Position numbers and translations under genes: made by a program
The notes under the pieces: model-generated
The model's database searches: none
What the model saw: the letters and a program-made list of their open reading frames with translations, nothing else
What the model was told of the DNA's origin: nothing
In this document: positions 13,926 to 24,146 of the stretch, piece after piece
How positions within the stretch are numbered: position 1 is the first letter of the stretch
Layout: the number at the start of each line of letters is the position of its first letter
Assembly (NCBI RefSeq): GCF_006345805.1
Contig: NC_042997.1
Location: 179,862,001 to 179,926,000 of the forward strand
DNA: 64,000 nucleotides
Reading direction: 5' to 3'
From: Octopus sinensis
Taxonomy: Eukaryota

Positions 13926-15899
13926 AATTTATCATATTTTTTTCTTGAAACTCCGATTACATTTCTGTCAGAATTGTCCTTATTACCCAGTTTCTACGAC
14001 GCTTAGAAATCCGTGTTTATTTTTTCCGTATGCACTACAAACCGCTGTCTTTATTGTTACCTTTATGTAATCATGTTCTGGTGCTTTTTGTATTTTATAG
14101 TCGATATTTATTACCATCGATTACTTATTGCCACTTACTAATATTTTATTACAGTGTTTTTCATTGCCTTTTCGTGTTGATACAGTCATTACTTTTGTCA
14201 TAGTTTATGGTATTTTAGTTAAAATGTTGTAGTAATTAGTACTTAGGAAACTATATCAATAACAATTTTTGAGAATGAAGTAGTAATGAAAGGAAAAACA
14301 GAAAATAAGTATTGGCTTCCGGTCAGTTACAAACAATATTGTAATTAAATGTAAAACGTTTTTACAAAACTATCTTTTTAGTATTCATATGGCCAAAGAA
14401 ATATCACACTTAAGCTATTCACAACTATATTTATCACGTATTATGTCTTGTTATTTTCCAACTATATATTTATGATTTTTAAATATTGACAATTTGCCTT
14501 CTTTTTAAGAGGAATATTCTCTTATGTCGCATGGAGCGCATGAATTAATAGTGAAATAGTGAAGTGAATGTCAGAAAAAGAAAACAAAAGAGGCTAGTTT
14601 TAAATCATTTAGATATGTTTGCTCGATTCACGATTCAATGTATCGTAAGGCTGGATGATGGCTAGGTTTTTCAAAAGACTGAGCTTCTAGGCCTCCATAT
14701 GATACAGCTGATGCTTGTTCTTCTAGTATGCAGAAGACGAAATAGTGGAAATAATATAAAGTAATGCAGATGAGCATGTTGACGGGGACTTTGACCATTG
14801 TATTATTATAAATTAAATGAGAGACGTTAAGGAGAAATATTTACATATTTTATATGTTCTTTCCATCTGAGTAATACATGTTCTACACCATTTGGAAGTA
14901 GTCAAGAGATAATGCTTCTTTCCAGAACAAAGATAGATTGCCCGTTTTAAGACAGTACATATTTAAGTATAGAAAAATTGAAGCCGAAAATTTCTTTAGA
15001 TTGGTTAGTAAGATTCATACAGAACATTGATCAAATCTGATCAATGTTGCAGACTCTCAATTATGCGTGTCTAAAAGGAATTTGATCTATAGCTATTCGA
15101 TAAGTATAACAAATATACCAGGTTAAAATGAACGCTGAAGATGGTCTCATTTATTATTCATATTGAAGGTAGCCCATTAATACGACTGAAACTAATAAAT
15201 CAATGGAAGACTGAAACAAAATGCTTATTATACGAGCAAGAGTGCTGACAATAATTATACCGTGCATGTTATCTACATAGCAGCAGGTAGAAGAGACATC
15301 TATAAAAAATGACTTTATAGAAAAAAATATTAAAATAAAAGGTAAATTTATGTAGTCAGATAGTTCAGAGTAACAGTTACAATAAACAATGTTCTGGAGA
15401 TAAATTTAGTTGGGACAACAATAATGCTGATTAAATGTAAGCATCATCCATACGGTAACCGAATGGAGAATTGCATTATACTTTTGTAAAGCTTCAACTT
15501 GTCTTCATTAATTACGGGGATGCCAAAAACAATTCTCGATGCATTTCCGATCTGTTGTCAGATTAGAGGATATTTAATAAAGCGTCTATGCACTACACAA
15601 CAAAGTATTAATTGGAAGTTGTTCCAACGGTAAAATCTGGGTTTGAAGTGTGTGGTTCACATGTTACTCAACCCATAGCTGGGATGCTACGAAATACTAC
15701 TACTCCTGGTCAGAGCCAACCTGGGAACAATAGTGACTAAGAAGTGGTTCTGCACTCCTCAAAACTGGAACTCACGTATAAACGCCCCACTACCGGATGC
15801 AGTTTAAATTCTTAGCCAGGACTCCTGATAATCAGCGTAGACTTACTCAGCGACTCTTTTGCGGCGATCGTAGTCTAATACTATATGAGCTTCTACGAA

Positions 15900-17600
15900 T
15901 CACACAATCCTGAAGTGTTTATGCATGTGACCGGGAACCACGTTTGAGCTTGTATTCCCACTAGAAAAACTTCGAATATGAACTCTTCTCCTCAACAACG
16001 AAGGACGACTACGGCTATGGCACCCGACCTGCTTGCTCTCCCAGTGAGGCATTTGTCAAATTTCCAAACTGGATATTTGGCCGCAGACGGAAGCCATACT
16101 TTGCCTTTTGCTTGCTGGAACTTTTGAGCCGACCGTCGAAAGCGATTAGCTAGCACAACTCACCACAGGTAAATGCCTCCACAAGAGCAAGTAAGTACTA
16201 TAGTTAGATAAAGTACATAGAACATGTCTACAAAGACTTACTCAAAAATGAACAAAGTAGCAATATATTATAACTCACCATTTGGTTTATAAGTAACTAC
16301 AACCATTAAAATGAGGTTCTTAACCTTCATATCTTCACACTTTCACATTTATCACAGATATCCTAACGTTTTAAATTGCAATTTTGCCAATATCGGCTGA
16401 TCAAATAATGGAGAATCAAAATTTAAAAGATAACAAACTCTCTAGAAATGCTATAATTCTAACATGACTGTAAGTAATAATATAAGTGTTTTCTTAAGAG
16501 TATTTGTTGATTCAGGAGATTAGTATTCAAAATCTATGAAAAAGATATTGATAGCAAGACAAAATAGATACCGGGATTAGTAAATATATGATAAAAACTT
16601 CATGCACCTATTACAGAATAACTTTATAGCAATGTCAGAACTGGCAACGACTTCGTCAAAACCACGAACTTGCGGTGTCCCACCGAAAAACTAAAGATAT
16701 ATATCCTGTCGACAAATGTATCAATCAAGGAAAATGAATGATTTCTTTTCTATTTGTTTGCATTGGAGAAAATATAATTTGAAGCATATTGGTCTTCTCG
16801 ATATAGTCTATTTAACAATTAGTTTAACATCTGTATCCCGTTCAACTGCAAAACATGACATCTTAAATAAGACATGCAAAACAAGATCGTCGGTTGGTGA
16901 CTTCTCTACACATCATTGGATGAAATCCTTCATGATCTAATATTTATGTACGTATGTTGAAGAGGAACTTTAGTTTTCATGGAAATATACTAAAATTCAA
17001 GGACCAAACCCGACTATTCAACGTGTAGTCGGATATGCTCTTTACTTTCAAATACCTTCAACAAAGTTTTATACAATAATTATTACTTCAAAGTGTTGAG
17101 CCCAAATTGATTTTAATACGTGTGAAGAACACCTGATGTACTTTAGTATTCCATGAAACAAATCATCGAGATGAAGCGAAACCTCAACCTTTCCGCGGTG
17201 GATTTGGCAATGAACTACAGTAATAAAAGGAAATACTTAATCTTTAAACATTTTATACGTTTTAGAGGGGTTAGATTAAGTTACCATAAAAAAAACATAA
17301 AGCTGAACGGGACACAGTTGGACCGCTTAACTACTCCATTATTTTCAATAAACATTGATACTTCAGTTATTCAGATATCATAGTATGATAACACAGGGCG
17401 TTGATAATACCAGAACGGCGTAACAAAGGATGCCAATAAGAATAGATACCTATGCTAACATATACCGCTGCAACCATGACAAACTCAGAAATTCAATTTC
17501 CATTGCGTAAATACTACGTTAAACTACTCCTCTGGAACAAATCAACCCGTCTAAACATCCAACCCTGATTAACCCTATTGCATGTAATCCTTACTGATTT
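15900..17600 (+). mobile_element. Possible very decayed Gypsy-like LTR retrotransposon relic
   Basis: Weak resemblance near 17080-17210 to the integrase 'IxSDNGPQF..GI....SS..PQ.N' region, with many stops. Confidence 0.2.
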
Positions 17601-18001
17601 ATTATCGCTAATCCTGTAAGATTTACAGTCTATTCTATCGTTCGATTAATTTATATCCCTCAATTATTCTAATTACTAGCGAAATAATTACTTCCATTTT
17701 ATGTTATCTTCCTCTTGATAGTAACCCCCAATCGAATTTACAATTACAGTTACAATTAGCCACTTGCTGATAATCTCCATTGTCTCATTTGGTTCCTGCA
17801 CAATCTTTGTTTAGTTTCCGTGTTCCTTTGCGTAAAATCTATCAGTGATCAGTCTCAATGAATGGCATATCTTCTTGATATTCCCCCTAATGCAATTGAC
17901 TTCTCATCAAAATTTCTGTGCTCGCAGAAGTGTAGAACGTGGATATTACGAACAACAACAGAAGTGTATCAACTAAATAGATCATATATATATATATAAA
18001 C

Positions 18002-18085
<84 letters not shown>

Positions 18086-18301
18086 AAATACTAAATTTCT
18101 AAATCTCTCGTAGAGACATGTATGGTAGTGGGGCTATAGAATGGTTGTATACTGTCAATTTAACACGAACGTGACAGTTGGGGGGTACCCCACCGCTGTA
18201 TAGCCCTAGGAAGCATCGACGCCTCCTGATGGCTTTGACACATTTTTCCCTGTGTCCTTATATACATTTACGAAGGGGAGACAAACACCCCCGGAGCTGC
18301 A

Positions 18302-18346
18302 TCTAGGGACACGTGTTTCAGGATCATTGTCCTTTATCGGCCTAGA
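18302..18346 (-). ncRNA. Type I hammerhead ribozyme fold with variant core (CCGAUAA instead of CUGAUGA)
   Basis: Minus strand: tctagg-CCGATAA-AGGA caatga TCCT-GAAA-cacgt-GTC-cctaga. Perfect 6-bp stem I, 4-bp stem II, palindromic stem III (ACACGTGT), GUC cleavage triplet. Confidence 0.7.
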
Positions 18347-18375
18347 GTAGCATACACCGGTCAGCTGGCGATATT

Positions 18376-20110
18376 ATATCTTTATTATGGGCACGATGGC
18401 CCGAATGCAGAGGGGACATTACAAGACGGGACATGGGGTACATAAAGTAAAAATAAATTATGAAATAAAGCTGAATTATGTGTAATGATTTAGATGGAAC
18501 GGCTTACGAGCCCCCCAACTCGCAGTTCCGTTTAAAATACAACTTTACATTTTACAATTTTACAATTACATATATTCCAGTTCAAAATACAATTTTACAT
18601 TTTACAATTTTACAATTTACAATGTTACAATTACATAAATTCCAGTTCTGTTGGACGTTCGTCCGTAACGTACTTTGTTAATTCCATCTGGTCTATCACA
18701 TTTGGCAAATTGTCATAACATACATAATACGTTAAATAAACCTCATCAAACATACTTTTCAATTTAGTAAATGTTCCTTTATCTACAACTACCCCTTTCA
18801 CAACGTCATCATACAGTTTTGGGTGTAATTTAACCCTAATCAATCCTTTCCTACCTGCAAGTCTTTTTTCCACTTCTGTGTCTTTGACGTACAACACGAA
18901 TACTTTCAGGTATTTTCCTACAGGTCTTTTTCCCTTTTTACAAGCATCCAACTGTTCTCTCACTTTTTTTCTCCATTCTAGGTTTACCTCTGTCTTTGTC
19001 TGTTCGTCCTTTTCTTTGCACGTTCTCTCTTCTTTTTCTTCTGTTATCTTGCTTTTGATTTTTTTCTTTTTTAGAACTTTCGGTGGTGCTTCCACCCTTG
19101 TTCTCTTCCTATCTTCTGTTCTTTCACCCTCTGCACTTGCACGTTCTTCTTCCATATCCTCAATTAGCTGCTCCTCCGTTTGCGCCTCGACTACTTTCTT
19201 TTCCTCCTCCAATTCTCCCTCCTCCACACACGTATCTTTCCACTCATTCGTTACAGCCTCCGGTGCTATCGTTTTCTCCAGCGGGCACACATCCTTCATG
19301 TGGCCTCTTAATTTGCAATTATAACAGACTGGAGGTCTTCCCTCTAACACGACTCTAAGCCGTGTCTCATTAGGGAAGACCAACTCCTCCGGGATGTTGT
19401 ATAGGTCTGGCACGGTTATATGTGCCAGAACCTGTACCGCATATCCCCACCACTTAACTTCTGTTGACTTTTCCACCTTCACCACCTCCACACTTTCCTT
19501 GCAATTGAAAACTACTGCCGCTAATATCCTCTCCATGTTAAGTTCGGGCGAAATCCTACTAATTCTTATTCTGACTGCCCTCTTTCCGCAGTAACTAGGT
19601 AATAAAGTCCAACTTTCAGATTACAGAATTTTTGTCGCATTCTTTCTTGCTTCATTTTCATTTTTAAAGTGTACCACCACTGTGGGATATTTCCTTCCTC
19701 TTTTGAAAAAGGTAGGTTCACCCTCAATTCCTTGCAGACATTTCTCTATTTCTTCCGTCTCTGCTACTTCTATTTTTCTTGACGCCACACACCATGTCCT
19801 GTATGTTATCATACGTTTCTCCGCGTTGTTTTCTTCTTCTTCGGACGGTGTGACTCTCACGCAGTCACCCTCCCTCTTCAAAATGTCGTAATATTTTTCT
19901 AAAGTCTTCTTCTCGACTACCACTTCTTCCATTTCTAGTTCACTCGCAACCAGGCCTCTGCCTGCTGCTCTCGCATACGTCTGGTCTTGCATTTTCAAAA
20001 TCTCCAAATAAAATTCACCACGTCCTCCAGCAACGAACTCGAACTCACAACCTCTTCACAATGACGCACTCAAAACAAACACACCAGAATAACGACTCCA
20101 ATAAAAAATA
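18376..20110 (-). mobile_element. ORF1-only non-autonomous non-LTR retroelement (Tx1/L1-group ORF1, HAL1-like)
   Basis: ~120-nt 5' UTR, one ORF1, ~250-nt 3' UTR ending in AATAAA (18381-18386). Flanked by ggtcagctggcgatatt (18359-18375) and ggtcggctggtgatatt (20111-20127). Confidence 0.7.
18631..19992 (-). pseudogene. Gag-like/ORF1p nucleic-acid chaperone with CX2CX4HX4C zinc knuckle (~453 codons, one internal stop)
   Basis: Track ORFs 19621-20007 and 18631-19536 are in the same frame, separated by a single TAA (19621-19623). The bridge reads SESWTLLPSYCGKRAVRIRISRISPELN. Motif IPEELVF..RLRVVLEGRPPVCYNCKLRGHMKDVCP is typical of Tx1/L1 ORF1; N-terminal TYARAA. Confidence 0.8.
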
Positions 20111-20478
20111 GGTCGGCTGGTGATATTTGTCTCGACATCGTATTGTATATATCTATAATTCAGTGAAGTCTATTCACTGATTATCAAAATAAGAAATACT
20201 AAATTTCTAAATCTCTCGTAGAGACTTGTACGGTGGTGGGGCGATAGAATGGTTGTATACTGTCAATCTAACACGAACGTGACAGTAGGGGGGTAACTCA
20301 CCGCTGTATAGCCGTAGGAAGCATCGACGCTTCCTGATGTCTCCCCTTCGTAAATATATATTAGGAAACAGGGAAAAATGTGTCAAAGCCATCAGGAGGC
20401 GTCGATGCTTCCTACGGCTATACAGCGGTGAGTTAGCCCCCTACTGAAACGTTCGTGTTAGATTGGCAGTATACAACC

Positions 20479-20536
<58 letters not shown>

Positions 20537-20612
20537 TATATATATGTATGTATGTATGTGTGTATATGTAGAGAATGTTAGGTGAGGTGTACAGAAATTG
20601 AATATTGAGAAA

Positions 20613-21662
20613 AAAGTCGTCAGAATTTTGGTAAAAAATATTTTTATTTCTTCATTTTTATTATTAGCGCTTTCGCTCGTTTCTCGAACTTGTCAAATAA
20701 AAATCTTGTGAATGTACAAACAGCTTCGTATTTATATAAAACAGATGATTTTGGGGGTGGAGTCTTAGAAGACGAGAGCATTGTTTTTGTTTTTGAGGGT
20801 GAGGTTCCATGACAATGTAGATAGATAGAGCGAAATATAGGTAGGTAAAAAGGCTGACAGACAGATACATAGATAGGTAGAGAGAGATAGAGAGAAGGGG
20901 AGCCCCCTTCCTATTCACCATTCATTTATTTATTTAGTCATTTGCCATTGTATTGGAAAGGGTTTAAAAATAAAAAAAAGAACAGGTATGGTGTGGTCAT
21001 CACTGAAAGTCTTTTTGCTTTCTTTCTCTCTTACCCTCTCTTTTTCTTCCTTTTCTCTTTCTTTTTTCTCCTCATTCCTTCTTTGTCCCTCTTTCTTTTT
21101 CTCCTCTTTATATATAGAATTGAAAGTCGTCAGAATTTTGGAAAAAAATCTTTTTATTTCTTCATAATTATTAGCGCTTTCGCTCGTTTCTCGAACTTGT
21201 CAAATGAATTTTTGTGAATGTACAAATAGCTTCTTAATTATATAAAACATGTTTTTTGGGGGGGGAGGGTGTGCAGTTGTTTAGAAGAAGAGAACCTTGT
21301 TTTTGCTTTTTGGGGTGAGGTTCCATGACAATGTAAATAGATATATGGAAATATAGGTAGGTAAATAGGCTGATAGACGGATAGATAGGTAGAGAGAGAG
21401 AGATAGAGAGAAGGGGAACCACACTTCCTATTCAGCATTCAGTTATTTATTTAGTCATTTAACATTGTATTGGAATGGGTTTAAGGATAGTGACATCGTC
21501 AAAAGGTCAAAAAAAGAACAGGTGTGGTGTGGTTATCAGTGAAAGTCTTTTTGCTTTCTTTCTCTCTTACCCTTCTTTTTCCTTCCTTTTCTCTTTATTT
21601 CTTTTCTCCTCATTCCTTCTTCGTCCCTCTTTCTTTTTCTCCTCTTTATATATAGAATTGAA
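20613..21662. repeat. Diverged tandem duplication of a ~520-bp unit (possibly Helentron/HINE-like ends)
   Basis: aaagtcgtcagaattttgg...ctcctctttatatatagaattg occurs at ~20613-21122 and ~21123-21662. Confidence 0.8.
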
Positions 21663-21779
21663 AATGTACTGTCACCCCTTTTCTTTCAAACATACAATTT
21701 TGGAGATAATTTTTTGATGAAATGTAGTTCTGCATGAAAAAACATTAGTATAATATTCGCAAATTAAAAATTAAAATAC

Positions 21780-21836
<57 letters not shown>

Positions 21837-21889
21837 AACTTACTTGGAGAAAAGAAACGAAACGACGCGAGGGTGCTCACTCATATAAT

Positions 21890-23218
21890 AATTTAATAAA
21901 TAAAATATATGCATACATACATACATATATGTACGTACCTACATCTATATGTATATATACATGCATATATATATATATATATATAATATATATATATTAT
22001 ATATATAATATATATATATATTTATGAGTCCAGGGCACCACACATAAACATAGAACACAACGAGAAGTAAAAACATAAAAACAAACTAGGAAACGGCCTT
22101 TTTTAACAACGAAAAAACAGAGTACAAGACAAACAATTAAAGGAATATTCCTCTTCATCAGCTGTCCCTTGTTCGACTCAATGCGTGTTTCGAAGGTAAG
22201 GACAGAACACGATCCGGCCGAAGTAGTCCTTCCTGCAAAATAATTAAATAAAATTCTTTTGCAGAGGAGTAAAACAAGGAAAGAAAAAAAAAGGAACAAG
22301 AACAGGACGTAAAAGCAATACAAATAAAAATACAGTACACATAAAGAATAAAAACAGGACAATGAAACCAACATTGAGGGCTTTTTTAAAGCCTAGACGA
22401 TGGAAAAATTCGGAACGCAATTGAGAATCGACTTTCTAGAGACAGAAAAAGTTGGTGTTGACTTGTAGAAAGCTGCGAGCAAAAGAAAGTTAGTAGTCCA
22501 CTCAGCAGTGAGAGAAATGAGGAGGAGTGAGAGAGATGAGGAGGAATGAGAGAGAGAGAGAGAGGAAAGGAAACCAGAAAGGGTGAAAAATAAGAAGGAG
22601 AGAGATAGGTAGAGAGGAAGACAGACAGGAAGAAAGGAAAGGTCAAGTAAAGGGTTAGAGAGTTCGCGTCATAATTATATATAAAAACTTACTTGGAGAA
22701 AAGAAACGAAACGACGCGAGGGCGCTCAGTCGTATAAAAATTTAGTGGACTACTAACTTTCTTTGGCTCGAAGCTTTCTACAAGTCAACACCGACGTTTT
22801 CTGTCTCTAGAAAGTCGATTCTCAATTGCGCTCCGAAATTTCCATCGTCTAGGCTTAAAAAAGCTCTCAATGTTGGTTTCATTGTCCTGTTTTTATTCTT
22901 TATGTGTACTGTATTTTTATTTGTATTGCTTTTACGTCCTGTTCTTGTCACTTTTTTTCTTTCCTTGTTTTACCCCTCTGCAAAAGAATTTTATTTAATT
23001 CTTTTGCAGGAAGTATTGTTTCGACCAGGTCGTGTTCTGTCGTTACCTTCGAAACATGGATTGAGTCGGACCAGGGACAGCTGATGAAGAGGAATATTTC
23101 TTGTATTGTTTGTCTTGTACTCTGTTTTTTCGTTGTTAAAAAAAAGTCCGTTTCCTAGTTTGTTTTTATGTTTTCGTTTCTCGTTGTGTTCTACGTTTAT
23201 TTGTGGTGTCCTGTACTC

Positions 23219-23251
<33 letters not shown>

Positions 23252-23352
23252 AATATATATATAATATATATATATATATATGCATGTATATATACATATA
23301 TATGTAGGTACGTACATATATGTATCTATGCATATATTTTATTTCTTAAATT
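21890..23352. mobile_element. Penelope-like 3' ends arranged as a large inverted repeat (~610-bp arms, ~240-bp spacer)
   Basis: 21890-22502 is the reverse complement of 22744-23352. The arm translates RRFLSLESRFSIALRNFHRLGLKK, resembling the PLE GIY-YIG C-terminus (E..FI..L.T..P.GLN). A ~55-bp direct repeat also occurs at 21836 and 22686. Confidence 0.75.
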
Positions 23353-23399
23353 ATATATATATATATATCCATACGCAAAGCTAGAACTCCCAATGCTAC

Positions 23400-24120
23400 A
23401 CAATATATGCCTGAACATTTGTAGGGATGAGCCACATTTGGAATAAAAAATGCAAATTCTCCGCTTTAGCTTCAAACATTCAATTTTGGAGAGAATCCCA
23501 TGATGAAGTGAGTGTGTGTGTGTATGTGTGCGTGCGCGTGCGTACGTACGTGTGTGTGTGCGTTTGGGAACATCTCCATGTTTATACTGTGTAACTTCGA
23601 TGTTTTGCAAAGAAAAACAAAATAGAGGCCTCTTTCAATTCCATGTTTTTCCATTAGAGAACTTTAGTATAACACTTACAAACTAGAAAAAAACACGCAA
23701 AGCTCAGAACTTTTCAATGCCACACATATACACCTGGATATTTACAGAGAGGAGCATTATGTTTCTCATCAGGAAATGTAGTTCCATTGCTTTTCCCGTG
23801 CACATTGGTGAAAGGGAAAAATTTTTAATTTTCAGTTTCTGCATATTTCCAAATGCTTATTTAATGGAATCTTGCGGAATTCCTCTTGTCGGATATGTTG
23901 CCTATGGATTCTTGCACATTGGCAAAGGGAAATATTTATTTCGCCAATGTTATTTTCTTTGCAGTTTGGGCAGGTATTGCAATATATGAGGTTTTGTGTT
24001 TTGCAGTTCGTATCTGCATTTTGTTTGGAAAGGGATCCGCTTTTGAATTTTATGTGGGAGACTTTGCAGGGTACATGTGAACCATAGAAATTCAAAAGAA
24101 AGGACTACTCTATTGTCATA
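23400..24120 (-). mobile_element. Penelope-like element GIY-YIG endonuclease relic (continues at ~25605-25760 beyond the CR1 insertion)
   Basis: NCKTQNLIYCNTCPNCKENNIGE...RIHRQHIRQ...PLNKHLEIC is the PLE GIY-YIG with CCHH motif. The distal part reads IIASKRNDAFLQAILQAK, like the PLE linker SKRQP.NLK.IL..AK. Confidence 0.75.
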
Positions 24121-24146
24121 TGTTGTTCATATTAATAAAAATCTTA

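Larger units (their letters stand above)
18083..20481 (-). mobile_element. Retrozyme/PLE-pLTR-like repeat (partial tandem plus inverted terminal copy) carrying a nested ORF1-only retroelement
   Basis: 18083-18230 repeats directly at 20190-20338. 20339-20481 is the reverse complement of ~18139-18281. Hammerhead at 18302-18346; (TA)n on both flanks. Confidence 0.75.

Noticed and set aside
18535-18640. Short repeats (ttttacaat/ttttacat) resembling a spacer array
   Set aside because: Low-complexity 3' UTR duplication with no unique spacers in a eukaryotic context; not CRISPR.
18083-20338. Reading the 18-20 kb unit as an LTR or DIRS/Ngaro retrotransposon with gag
   Set aside because: No TG..CA ends, PBS, pol or tyrosine recombinase. 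The ORF has its own TSD and poly(A) signal, and the repeats contain a hammerhead.
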